Below, in pieces: positions 1-9,182 of a stretch of 64,000 nucleotides of DNA (within the stretch, counting starts at the first letter, position 1; each line of letters begins with the position of its first letter). The stretch is from contig CBDCVR010000013.1 in assembly GCA_965223155.1 (NCBI GenBank), positions 512,001-576,000 of the forward strand, written 5' to 3'. The notes beneath the pieces are model-generated. The model was not told where the DNA came from and made no database searches. It was given only the letters and a program-made list of their open reading frames with translations. This stretch comes from Candidatus Multivoradales bacterium. GTDB taxonomy: Bacteria > Acidobacteriota > Thermoanaerobaculia > Multivoradales > JAHEKO01. The position numbers were made by a program, and so were the translations under genes.

Positions 1-450
1 GTTCGAAACGATGCGATGCTCCCGGCCGAGCCGATCGTCGTTGACGCCCATCACCACCGTGATGTCCGGCGGATCCAGCGGCGGTGCGCACAGGATGACG
101 CTTCCGGCGCCGGCCTCCAGGTGGGCCTCGAGCTCATCGCGGCGTCTCGGAGTGCCCGACGCTTCGATCACGATGTCTACCCCATGGTCCTTCCAGACGG
201 TGGCGGTCGCGTCCTCCGGCTGAATCATCGCGATCCTGCGGCCCACGACGAAGAGGCCGCCATCCCGGATCGAAAGCTCCTCTGGGAAACGTCCCAGAAT
301 CGTGTCGAAGCGGACCAGGTACTCGATCGCCTCCGAGTCGGCGGGCTCCTCGATCGCCACGATCCGGATGTCGTCCCGGTCGTACAGGATTCTGAGGAGG
401 TTCCGCCCAATGCGGCCCAAGCCCATCAGGGCGATGCGTACGGGTTCCAT
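1..450 (-). CDS. Type I GAPDH / erythrose-4-phosphate dehydrogenase (Epd)-like protein, N-terminal part (runs off window edge)
   Basis: Not in the ORF track; translated by hand from ATG 450: MEPVRIALMGLGRIGRNLLRILYDR...FDTILGRF...TVVMGVNDDRLGREHRIVSN, ending just before the expected ASCTTN catalytic motif. Confidence 0.9.
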   Translation of the reverse strand, partial: MEPVRIALMGLGRIGRNLLRILYDRDDIRIVAIEEPADSEAIEYLVRFDTILGRFPEELSIRDGGLFVVGRRIAMIQPEDATATVWKDHGVDIVIEASGTPRRRDELEAHLEAGAGSVILCAPPLDPPDITVVMGVNDDRLGREHRIVSN

Positions 451-474
451 GGATAGAGCTCCGAAACGCCGATC

Positions 475-1155
475 TTACGGCGAAAGCCGGTCGAGGCTCC
501 AGATCCTGTCGTGCTCGCCTTCGCGGCGCCGGTAGATGAATCGATCGTGCAGCCGGTTGGGCTGGCCCTGCCAGAACTCGATCGAGGCCGGCGTCAGCCG
601 GAAGCCTCCCCAGTGCGGCGGCCGCGGCACGGGACCGCCCGCAAACCTGCCGGTGGCGGCCTCGATCGCGGTCTCGAGCACCGACCGGGAGGCTAGCTCC
701 TGGCTCTGGGCCGAAGCCCAGGCACCAATCTGAGAGCCGCGGGGCCGGCTGGTGAAGTAGCGGTCGGATTCCTCTTCCGACACCCGCTCGCAGGACCCCT
801 CGATCCGGATCTGGCGGGCCAGGCGGTCCCACCAGAAGGTCAAGGCCGCGCTCCCCGTCGCGTCCAGCTCGACCGCCTTGCGGCTCTGGTAGTTCGTGTA
901 GAAGACGAAGCCTCGTGCGTCGTACCCCTTGAGCAGCACGACCCGGACGGAGGGCCGGCCGTCTTCATCGACCGTCGCCAGGGATGCCGCCGTCGGCTCC
1001 ACCAGGGCTGCCGCGAGCGCCTCCTCGTACCAGCTGCGAAACTGCTCGAACGGATCCGCGGCCAGGGCCTCGCGCCGAAGCGGGACGACCTGGGGCTCTT
1101 GGCCGGCAGCCTCCGCCGCCGCGCCGTCTCCACGTGAGTCGTCGCGTTCGGACAT
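475..1155 (-). CDS. pdxH: Pyridoxamine 5'-phosphate oxidase
   Basis: RVVLLK, FYTNYQSRK, RQIRIEG, SRPRGSQIGAWASAQS and EFWQGQPNRLHDR motifs. ATG 1155 overlaps the ppdK stop (TGATG). Confidence 0.96.
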   Translation of the reverse strand: MSERDDSRGDGAAAEAAGQEPQVVPLRREALAADPFEQFRSWYEEALAAALVEPTAASLATVDEDGRPSVRVVLLKGYDARGFVFYTNYQSRKAVELDATGSAALTFWWDRLARQIRIEGSCERVSEEESDRYFTSRPRGSQIGAWASAQSQELASRSVLETAIEAATGRFAGGPVPRPPHWGGFRLTPASIEFWQGQPNRLHDRFIYRRREGEHDRIWSLDRLSP

Positions 1156-3860
1156 CAAACCAACCGGCTCTTGATTCGGGCTCGCGCCGAAGCCAGCCGC
1201 GCCACCGGCACCCGGTAGGGCGAGCAGGAAACGTAGGCCAGACCGCAGTCTTCGAAGAACTCGATGGAGCTAGGCTCGCCGCCGTGCTCGCCGCAGACTC
1301 CGATCTTGAGATCGGAGCGAGTCTCGAGCCCCTTGCGGCATCCCATCTCCACCAATTGCCCGACGCCCGAACGATCCAGCCGCTCGAATGGATCGAAGGG
1401 CAGGATTCCGGACTCCACGTACTCGGGCAAGAAGCGTCCGCTGTCGTCGCGCGAGTAGCCGAAGGTCATCTGGGTCAGGTCGTTGGTGCCGAAGCTGAAG
1501 AAGTCGGCGTAAGCGGCAATCTGGTCGGCGATGAGGGCCGCACGCGGCACCTCGATCATCGTGCCGATCGGAATCTCCAGAGCCGTACCCTCGGCCTGGA
1601 GGACCCTGGCCACGACGTCGGCTGCCCGTTCCTGGAGGCGGCGCATCTCACCCTGGCTGCCCACCAGAGGCACCATGATCTCGGGCCGGGGGTTTAGGCC
1701 TCGCTGCACCAACCTGGCCGCGGCCCGGGTAATGGCCTCGACCTGCATGTCGTAGATCCCGGGCTTGGTCAGGCCGAGGCGGCAACCCCGATTGCCAAGC
1801 ATAGGGTTGAACTCCGCCAGGGACTCGGCCGCCTGCTTGACCTCCTCGACGGGCACGCCCATCTGCTCGGCCAGCTCCCTGCGGCTCTTTTCGCCATGCG
1901 GGAGAAACTCGTGCAGAGGCGGATCCAGGAGCCGCACGGTCACGGGCAACCCGTCCATGGCGCTGAAGATCTCCTCGAAGTCGCCCTGCTGCACGGGCAA
2001 GAGATGCTCGAGGGCGGCGGCTTCCTCGGCTTCGTCGCCGGCCAGAATCAGGCGCCGCACCCAGGGGATGCGGTCGTCCTCGAAAAACATATGCTCGGTG
2101 CGGCACAGACCGATCCCTTCCGCCCCGAGAGCGCGCGCGGCGCGCGCGTCGTCGGGAGTGTCGGCATTGGCTCGCACCCGCATCCGGCGAGCCGCGTCGG
2201 CCCACTCCAGCACCTTCTGAAACGAAGACACAGCCGGGTTGGCGCCGGCATCCTCGCCTTCCAGCACCGCTTGCACGACCTCGGACTCCCGTGGATGAAG
2301 TCGGCCGGCCAGCACTTCGCCGGAGGTGCCGTCGATCGAGATCGCGTCGCCCTCGCTAAAGCTGCGGCCGGCGACCCGAAGCTCGCCGGACTCGCCGTGG
2401 ACCTCCAGCTCGCCGGCGCCGACCACGCAGGGCTTGCCCATGCCCCGGGCCACCACCGCCGCGTGGGAGGTCATACCGCCGCGAGAGGTCAGGATGCCGG
2501 CGGCGGCGTGCATGCCGGCGATGTCCTCGGGCGAGGTTTCCTCCCGGACCAAGATCACCGCACCCTCGGAGGCCATCTCGGTGGCTCGCTCGGCGGTCAG
2601 CGCGATGCGTCCAGATGCCGCCCCCGGTCCCGCCGGCAGGCCCTTGGCGAGCAAGGCGCCATCGGCCAGGGCGGCCGCCTTCTCGCCCGGATCGAAGGAA
2701 GGCGCCAGCATCTGCTCCAAGTGCTCGCCCTCGACCCGTCGCAGCGCCGTGGTCTCGTCGATCAGCTCCTCCGCGGCCATCTCGCAGGCGATCCGTACCG
2801 CGGCCAGTCCAGTGCGCTTGCCCGAGCGGGTCTGCAGCATGTAGAGCTTGCAGTCCTCGATGGTGAACTCGACGTCCTGCATCTCCCGCCGGTGCCTTTC
2901 TAGTGTCGCGCACACCTGCTCCAGCTCGGCAAACGCCTCGGGGAAGTCCGAGCCCAGGTTCGAGCCGCCGTCGGCGTCCAGGATCGACAGCGGCGTGCGG
3001 ATGCCCGCGACCACGTCCTCGCCCTGAGCGTTGATCAGATACTCGCCGTAGATGCGGCGCTCGCCGGTGGCCGGGTTCCGGGTAAACGCCACGCCGGTGG
3101 CGCAGGAGTCGCCCCGGTTGCCGAAGACCATGGCCTGCACGTTGACGCCGGTGCCGGAATCCTCGGGCAGGCCGTGGATGCGCCGGTACTCCCGCGCGCG
3201 CTTGTTGTTCCAGCTCTCCACCACGGCGCGGATCGAGCCGTCCAGCTGTTCGCGAGCGTCCTGCGGGAAAGCCGCTCCGGATTCCTCGATGTAGGCGAGG
3301 AAGCGGACGCAGAGCTCGGCCATCGCCTCGGGAGGCAGCTCGGAGTCCGAGGTGGCGCCGGCCCGGTCGCGGGCCGCGGCCAGCAGCCGCTCGAAGCCCG
3401 AGTGCTCGACTCCCAGCACGACATCGCCGTACATGGAGATCAGGCGCCGGTAGCAATCCCGCACGAAGCGCTCGTCCATACCGGCGGCGACCATGCCCTC
3501 CACCGCGGCGTCGTTGAGCCCGAGGTTGAGCACCGTGTCCATCATCCCTGGCATCGACACCGGGCCGCCCGAGCGCACCGACAGGAGCAAGGGATCCGAG
3601 CCGTCGCCAAACTTCCTGCCCAGCGCCTGCTCAAGCCCCTCCAAGCCGGCGTCGATCTGTTCGCGCAAGGTCTCCGGATACGAGCCGCCATTGCGGTGGT
3701 ACCGCTTGCAGACCTCGGTGGTGATGGTAAATCCAGGCGGCACTGGGAGTCCGAGTCCGCTCATCTCGGCGAGCCCCGCGCCTTTGCCGCCCAGCAGCTC
3801 CTGTTGATCGGCGCGCCCTTCGGCGGCGCCGTTCCCGAAGGCATACACGTACTTCGTCAT
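1155..3860 (-). CDS. ppdK: Pyruvate, phosphate dikinase
   Basis: LLGGKGA, SVRSG..SMPGMMDT, GGMTSHAAVVAR (phospho-His), GIGLCRTEHMF, SFGTNDLTQ and GVCGEHGG. Confidence 0.98.
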   Translation of the reverse strand: MTKYVYAFGNGAAEGRADQQELLGGKGAGLAEMSGLGLPVPPGFTITTEVCKRYHRNGGSYPETLREQIDAGLEGLEQALGRKFGDGSDPLLLSVRSGGPVSMPGMMDTVLNLGLNDAAVEGMVAAGMDERFVRDCYRRLISMYGDVVLGVEHSGFERLLAAARDRAGATSDSELPPEAMAELCVRFLAYIEESGAAFPQDAREQLDGSIRAVVESWNNKRAREYRRIHGLPEDSGTGVNVQAMVFGNRGDSCATGVAFTRNPATGERRIYGEYLINAQGEDVVAGIRTPLSILDADGGSNLGSDFPEAFAELEQVCATLERHRREMQDVEFTIEDCKLYMLQTRSGKRTGLAAVRIACEMAAEELIDETTALRRVEGEHLEQMLAPSFDPGEKAAALADGALLAKGLPAGPGAASGRIALTAERATEMASEGAVILVREETSPEDIAGMHAAAGILTSRGGMTSHAAVVARGMGKPCVVGAGELEVHGESGELRVAGRSFSEGDAISIDGTSGEVLAGRLHPRESEVVQAVLEGEDAGANPAVSSFQKVLEWADAARRMRVRANADTPDDARAARALGAEGIGLCRTEHMFFEDDRIPWVRRLILAGDEAEEAAALEHLLPVQQGDFEEIFSAMDGLPVTVRLLDPPLHEFLPHGEKSRRELAEQMGVPVEEVKQAAESLAEFNPMLGNRGCRLGLTKPGIYDMQVEAITRAAARLVQRGLNPRPEIMVPLVGSQGEMRRLQERAADVVARVLQAEGTALEIPIGTMIEVPRAALIADQIAAYADFFSFGTNDLTQMTFGYSRDDSGRFLPEYVESGILPFDPFERLDRSGVGQLVEMGCRKGLETRSDLKIGVCGEHGGEPSSIEFFEDCGLAYVSCSPYRVPVARLASARARIKSRLV

Positions 3861-3909
3861 CTGTAGGGATCTCCTGATCCGATCTCGGCGACCGGACTCC
3901 GGTTGGTCC

Positions 3910-5994
3910 TCAGCGCTCGACCACCATCGCGGTCAAGCCGGCCGTCCGGGAAAGGGTTCGCTGGATGGCCTGCAGCAGGCCGATCCGGTTGGCGCGCACG
4001 TCCGCGTTCTCGTCCATGACCAGAACCTCGACGAAGAATCGATCCAGCACGTCGGCAAAGGAGGTCATGGTGCGCAGGCAGTCCTCATAGCGCTTCTTTT
4101 CTTCGGCTTCTCGAATCTCGCCGCGCAGGCTCTGGTAGGCCTGGAAGAGCAGTTTCTCGGCCGGTTCGTTGAGCAACTCCGGATTGAGCGTCTCTTCCGG
4201 AGCCTCGCGCAAGATGTTCGCGATGCGCTTCGCGGCGAGCACGACCTCGCCGAACCCCTTCTCGTCGCGGACCTCGTGCAGGGCTTTGACGCGTGCCTCC
4301 AGATCCGGCAGGTTTGCCGCTCCCACCTCCAAAGCGGCCTCGATCTCGTCATAGGCGAAGCCGCTCAGGTCCAGCACATGCCGGATGCGATCGAAGAGGA
4401 ACGGCCGCCAGACCGCCAACACGTCCTCGGCGTTCTCTTCCAGCCGGCCTTCGTAGAGCTTGTAGGCCCGCGCCGCGGCCAGATCCAGGTCCAGCTCCAA
4501 GCCGCCTTCGAGGGCGATGCGCACGATGCCCTGAGCCGCGCGCCGGAGGCCGAAGGGATCCTTGCTGCCCGACGGGGTCAGGCCGATCCCCAGGATGCCG
4601 ACCACGGTGTCCAGCCGGTCGGCCAGCGCCACCAGCTTGCCGGCCTTGGTCCCCGGCACCGGATCCTTGGTCCCCTGCGGCAGGTACTGATCGTAGACCG
4701 CCCGCCATACGCTCTTGGAGTAGCCTTCCTCGCGGGCGTAGACCCCGCCCATGATGCCCTGGAGGGACGAGAATTCCCCCACCATCTCGGTAACCAGATC
4801 GGCCTTGAAGATACCGGCCACCTTCCGCGCCGTATTCGTATCCCGCTTCCAGCCCAGCGACTCGCCCAGTTTCGCGCAGAGCTCTCCCACCCGGCGCGAC
4901 TTGTCCGCGTAGCTCCCCAGCTTGGCGTGGAAATTGAGCCGCTCGAGCTCGGCAGCCCGATCGGCGAGCTTGACCTTCCGGTCTTCGGCGTAAAAGAAGG
5001 CCGCATCCTCGAGGCGCGCCGCCACGACCCACTCGTTGCCCTTCCGAACCAGGCCCCCGGGATCGTCGGGCCGGTCCATCAGGGTCAGAAACCCTGGCAG
5101 CAGCTCGCCGTCGCGCTCGACGGTGAACGCGCTCTGGTGGTCCCTGAGGCTGGCGACCAGGACCTCCCGCGGCAGCTTCAGAAAGCGCTCGTCGAAGCTG
5201 CCGGCGACGACGCCCGGGACGCCGCACATGGCGGTCAGGCGATCCAGGAGATCCGAGTCCCCGACCAGGTTTCCGCCCAGCTCGTCGGCGGCCTCGGCGA
5301 AGCCTCGCGCCAATCGTTCCTGGCGTTCGGCGAACACCGGGACGATGCCGCGCTCGCCCAGATCGGCAAGGTAGTCCTGCCAGCGGGGAGCCCGGCCGGA
5401 CACCGAGAAGGCATCCGGAGACAACACCGGATGACCGATCGTCGTCGTGCCGGACCGGATCCCGAAGACTTCGCACTCCACCGCCTCGCCCTCGTACAAG
5501 ACCACGAAACCGTGAATCGGTCGTGCCCAAGGGCCGGCGCCAGTACCCCATCGCATGGTCTTGGCCCAGGTGAGATCCGTCACCACCCGAGGCACCAGCT
5601 CGGCCACGACCTCGGTCACCGGCCGCCCCGGAGTCTTGACCGTGGCACCCACGTACTCCCCCTTGGCGGTCTCCATCCGCTTGAGATTCGAGACGTCGAT
5701 GCCACAGCGCTTGGCGAAGCCCGCGGCCGCCGAGGTTGGTTTCCCGCCGCTGTCAAAGGCCACGCTCGCGGGTGGGCCGGTGACTTCTTCGACCCGGTCG
5801 GGCTCGCCTTCCGGAACCTCGGTCAAAGCGACCGCGAGCCGCCTCGGCGTAAAGCCCGTCTGGACCGCGCGCGGGGTGAGCTTCCGGTTCAGCAGCTCTT
5901 CGAAGAGCCGGCCGCCCAACTCGGCGGCGGCCGCCGACACCATGCGCGCCGGGATCTCCTCGCAGCGGACCTCGACGAAGACCTCGCCGCTCAC
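3910..5994 (-). CDS. glyS: Glycine--tRNA ligase beta subunit
   Basis: [43 protein letters not shown] and [12 protein letters not shown]; follows glyQ. Confidence 0.97.
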   Translation of the reverse strand: MSGEVFVEVRCEEIPARMVSAAAAELGGRLFEELLNRKLTPRAVQTGFTPRRLAVALTEVPEGEPDRVEEVTGPPASVAFDSGGKPTSAAAGFAKRCGIDVSNLKRMETAKGEYVGATVKTPGRPVTEVVAELVPRVVTDLTWAKTMRWGTGAGPWARPIHGFVVLYEGEAVECEVFGIRSGTTTIGHPVLSPDAFSVSGRAPRWQDYLADLGERGIVPVFAERQERLARGFAEAADELGGNLVGDSDLLDRLTAMCGVPGVVAGSFDERFLKLPREVLVASLRDHQSAFTVERDGELLPGFLTLMDRPDDPGGLVRKGNEWVVAARLEDAAFFYAEDRKVKLADRAAELERLNFHAKLGSYADKSRRVGELCAKLGESLGWKRDTNTARKVAGIFKADLVTEMVGEFSSLQGIMGGVYAREEGYSKSVWRAVYDQYLPQGTKDPVPGTKAGKLVALADRLDTVVGILGIGLTPSGSKDPFGLRRAAQGIVRIALEGGLELDLDLAAARAYKLYEGRLEENAEDVLAVWRPFLFDRIRHVLDLSGFAYDEIEAALEVGAANLPDLEARVKALHEVRDEKGFGEVVLAAKRIANILREAPEETLNPELLNEPAEKLLFQAYQSLRGEIREAEEKKRYEDCLRTMTSFADVLDRFFVEVLVMDENADVRANRIGLLQAIQRTLSRTAGLTAMVVER

Positions 5995-6893
5995 TCCTCT
6001 TCCTCCGTCGCTCCCTGGTCCGTGCCCAGGAGCGGAAAGCCGAGCTCCTCACGCCGAGCCACGTAGGCTTCCGCGCAGGACACCGCCAGGCGCCGCACCC
6101 TCCGGATGAGGGCCACCCGTTCGGTCACCGAGACCGCGCCCCGGGCGTCGAGAACGTTGAACAGGTGCGAGCACTTGAGAGCGCATTCGTAGGCGGGCAG
6201 CACGAGACCAGCCTCCAGGCAGGACTGGGCCTCGCTCTCGAAGCCGTCGAACATGGAGGTCAGAAACGCTACGTCTGCGACCTCGAAGTAGTACTTCGAG
6301 AACTCCACCTCGTCCTGGTGCCGCACCTGGCCGTAGTCGACCCGTCCGGGCACCCAATCGATCTCGTACAGGCTCCGCTTGCGTCCCAGGAACATCGAGA
6401 TGCGCTCCAGGCCGTAGGTGATCTCGGCAGCGATGGGATCCAGCTCCAGGCCCCCGGCCTGCTGGAAGTACGTGAACTGCGTGATCTCCATGCCGTCCAG
6501 CATCACCTGCCAGCCCACGCCCCAAGCCCCCAGGGTGGGAGCCTCCCAGTTGTCTTCCTCGAAGCGCAGATCGTGCTTCGCCAGATCGATGCCCATGGCC
6601 TCGAGGCTGCGCACGTAGACCGCCTGGACGTCCAGCGGCGAGGGCTTGAGGATGACCTGGAGCTGGAAGTGCTTGCCCAGCCGAAACGGGTTCTCCCCAT
6701 AGCGGGCGTCGGCCGGCCGCCGGGAGGGCTGCACGTAGACCGCGTTCCAGGGCTCGGGCCCCAGCACGCGCAGGAACGTGTCGGGATGCATGGTGCCGGC
6801 TCCGACTTCCAGATCGTACGGCTGCTGCAGCACGCACCCCTCCTCAGCCCAAAACTGGGAAAGATTGAGAACAAGGTCTTGAAAGCTAGACAT
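5991..6893 (-). CDS. glyQ: Glycine--tRNA ligase alpha subunit
   Basis: [36 protein letters not shown] and EITYGLER. Start placed at ATG 6893 (MSSFQDL). Confidence 0.98.
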   Translation of the reverse strand: MSSFQDLVLNLSQFWAEEGCVLQQPYDLEVGAGTMHPDTFLRVLGPEPWNAVYVQPSRRPADARYGENPFRLGKHFQLQVILKPSPLDVQAVYVRSLEAMGIDLAKHDLRFEEDNWEAPTLGAWGVGWQVMLDGMEITQFTYFQQAGGLELDPIAAEITYGLERISMFLGRKRSLYEIDWVPGRVDYGQVRHQDEVEFSKYYFEVADVAFLTSMFDGFESEAQSCLEAGLVLPAYECALKCSHLFNVLDARGAVSVTERVALIRRVRRLAVSCAEAYVARREELGFPLLGTDQGATEEEE

Positions 6894-7677
6894 CTCGAGC
6901 CGGTTTCCGGCGGGCCGCCGGGCGGGGCAACCGCGCAAGAGTTTCCCGCATTACGCGATAGCTATTCAACTCTTGTTGCAGGAACGTCCGCCGGATCGCG
7001 CCGTTCGTGCTCTCGATCTCGTCGAGGACCGTTTGATCGATCGCGACCCGGGCCAACTCGGCCAAGCCCAGCCGGCGCATCAGGAGGTACACGCCCCGGG
7101 CGGCGTCGCTCAGGCGCTCGGCTCCGGAGCCGGCACACCTACCACAGACGATGGTCTCGGCCCCCGGCCCCAGCGCCGCCCCGGCCTCCTCCAGGGAGCG
7201 GCCGCAATTCGGGCAGGCGCCGCCATCGCCCAGGACTCCGGCCAGGCGCAAGAGCCAGGTCTCGTAGTAACGGGCCACCAAGCCCGGGGGCAGGCCTTGT
7301 TCCAGGGCGTCGAGAGCGGTCCGCAGCAGACGGTAAAGGCGCCCGCCGTCTTCGTTCTCCTGCGCGAAAGCGTTCATGTGATCGGCGAGATACGCCCGCA
7401 GCAGGAGATCTTCCAGGCTCGCTCCGGCTTCGAACGATCCGCCCAAGCGCTCGATCGAGTTGATGCGGCCCAGCTCGCGGCGGGGATGCTCGAACCACTC
7501 GACGCGCACCGTCGCCAGGAGCTCGATCTGGCCTCCGAAACGGCTGTGCTTGCGGCGGGCCGAGCGCGCCACCGCCCGCTTCTTGCCGTGCTCGGCGCTC
7601 AGGAAGGTAATGATGCGGTCGTACTCGTGAAGATCGAAGACGTCCAGGATCACGGCCTCGGCGGACTCGACTCCCAT
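6886..7677 (-). CDS. recO: DNA repair protein RecO
   Basis: EAVIL...[10 protein letters not shown]...[12 protein letters not shown]-fold start, CPNC/CGRC Zn motif, and recO-glyQ synteny. Confidence 0.92.
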   Translation of the reverse strand: MGVESAEAVILDVFDLHEYDRIITFLSAEHGKKRAVARSARRKHSRFGGQIELLATVRVEWFEHPRRELGRINSIERLGGSFEAGASLEDLLLRAYLADHMNAFAQENEDGGRLYRLLRTALDALEQGLPPGLVARYYETWLLRLAGVLGDGGACPNCGRSLEEAGAALGPGAETIVCGRCAGSGAERLSDAARGVYLLMRRLGLAELARVAIDQTVLDEIESTNGAIRRTFLQQELNSYRVMRETLARLPRPAARRKPARDV

Positions 7678-7700
7678 GGGCTAGCGGCCGCTGGGCGCGG

Positions 7701-9122
7701 TCAGCCGATCAAGTAGTCGATCAGAAGCGAGGCCAGACCGAAGTAGATGATGATGCCGCTGATGTCGTTCGAGGTCGTGACCAACGGCCCCGAGGCGACC
7801 GCCGGGTCGAACCCCAGACGCTGAAAGATCAGCGGTACGAGGGCGCCGTTGACCGAGGCCACGAGGATCGCCAGAAAGAGCGAGATGCCGACGACGGCGG
7901 CGTAGGGTCCGAGCGCCACCCCGGTCCCTCCGAGATCCAGAATGCCCAGCCTGGGCATCAAGTAGGCGGCACCCGCGGCCAGGGCCGAGCAGGCGAGGCC
8001 GATGATCGCGCCCACCTTGATCTGCTGCCAAAGGAATTGACGGGAAGGACCGCCCCGCTCCGCGATCCGGCCCGTCGCCAGACCCCGAACCGCGATGGTG
8101 GAGGTCTGGGCGCCGATGTTGCCGCCCATGCCCATAATGACCGGCACGAAAGGCAACAGGATGAGCGCCTGCTCCATGCGCAGCTCGAACCAATGGATCA
8201 GCAGGCCCGCGAGCCCCAAGCCCACGAGGTTGATCACCAGCCAGGGAAACCGGATGCCGAAGACCTTGAACGACCGGTCTTCGTAGACGATCTCGTCGTC
8301 CGAGGTACCGACCATCTTGAAGAAATCCTCGGTGGCCTCCTCGCGAACGACGTCGATGATGTCGTCCACGGTCACGATTCCGAGCAGCTCGTTGCCGGAG
8401 TCGGTCACCGGAATCGCCAGCAGACCATACCGGCTGGCGAGCTGAGCCACCTCTTCCTGGTCGGTGTCGATGTCCGCCTGGATGATCGACGTGGTCATGA
8501 GCTCGCGCAGCGGCTTCGACGGCGCGTTGAGCAAGAGCTGACGCAGCGAGGTCACTCCCACCAGGCGGCCGCCGTCGTCGACCACATACAGATAGAACAC
8601 GTTGGTTCGATCAGTGCCATCCTGGATCGCCGAGATGGCCTCGCCCACCGTCGTATCCTCGGGCAGGGCCAGAAACTCCGAGTCCATGATCCTGCCGGCG
8701 GAGTCCTCCTCGTAGGTGAGGTGCTCGCGGACGTCCTCCAGTTCGGGTCGCTGCACCAACTCCATGATCTCGGCCTGGAGCTCCGGAGGCAGGTCTTCGA
8801 CCACCCCGACGGCGTCGTCGATCGCCATCTCGCCGAAGAGCTTCGCGACGTCGGCGTCGTCCAGCTCCTCGATCAGCTTGGAGCGCTGCGCGGGTTCGAG
8901 ATCGGTCAACACGTCGCCGACGGTCTCGGAGAAATCGGACAGCAGGATCCGGAAGACGGTCGCCTGCTCCGCCGGCGTCAGGCCTCGTAATTGCAGCGCC
9001 ACGTCTTCGGGCCGCGTCTTGGCCAGAAGATTCGATACGTGGGCGTGGGATCCGCGCCGCACGAAGCGCCGAAACGAGGCTCCCAGGAGCTCCGCCTTAC
9101 GGGGAGAAACCGTCGATTCCAT
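7701..9122 (-). CDS. mgtE: Magnesium transporter MgtE
   Basis: MgtE N-domain, CBS pair, GMGGNIGAQ and DPAVASGPLVTTSND. Confidence 0.96.
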   Translation of the reverse strand: MESTVSPRKAELLGASFRRFVRRGSHAHVSNLLAKTRPEDVALQLRGLTPAEQATVFRILLSDFSETVGDVLTDLEPAQRSKLIEELDDADVAKLFGEMAIDDAVGVVEDLPPELQAEIMELVQRPELEDVREHLTYEEDSAGRIMDSEFLALPEDTTVGEAISAIQDGTDRTNVFYLYVVDDGGRLVGVTSLRQLLLNAPSKPLRELMTTSIIQADIDTDQEEVAQLASRYGLLAIPVTDSGNELLGIVTVDDIIDVVREEATEDFFKMVGTSDDEIVYEDRSFKVFGIRFPWLVINLVGLGLAGLLIHWFELRMEQALILLPFVPVIMGMGGNIGAQTSTIAVRGLATGRIAERGGPSRQFLWQQIKVGAIIGLACSALAAGAAYLMPRLGILDLGGTGVALGPYAAVVGISLFLAILVASVNGALVPLIFQRLGFDPAVASGPLVTTSNDISGIIIYFGLASLLIDYLIG

Positions 9123-9131
9123 AAGCCGCGA

Positions 9132-9141
9132 ATGCTAGCAT
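9132..9141. promoter_or_regulatory. Palindromic ATGCTAGCAT giving a TAGCAT -10-like hexamer on both strands (candidate bidirectional promoter)
   Basis: Perfect 10-bp palindrome between divergent mgtE and the vWA-FHA gene. Confidence 0.45.
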
Positions 9142-9182
9142 AGGCAGCCTCGCCGCCGAGTCCACAAAACCCCGAAAAACCC

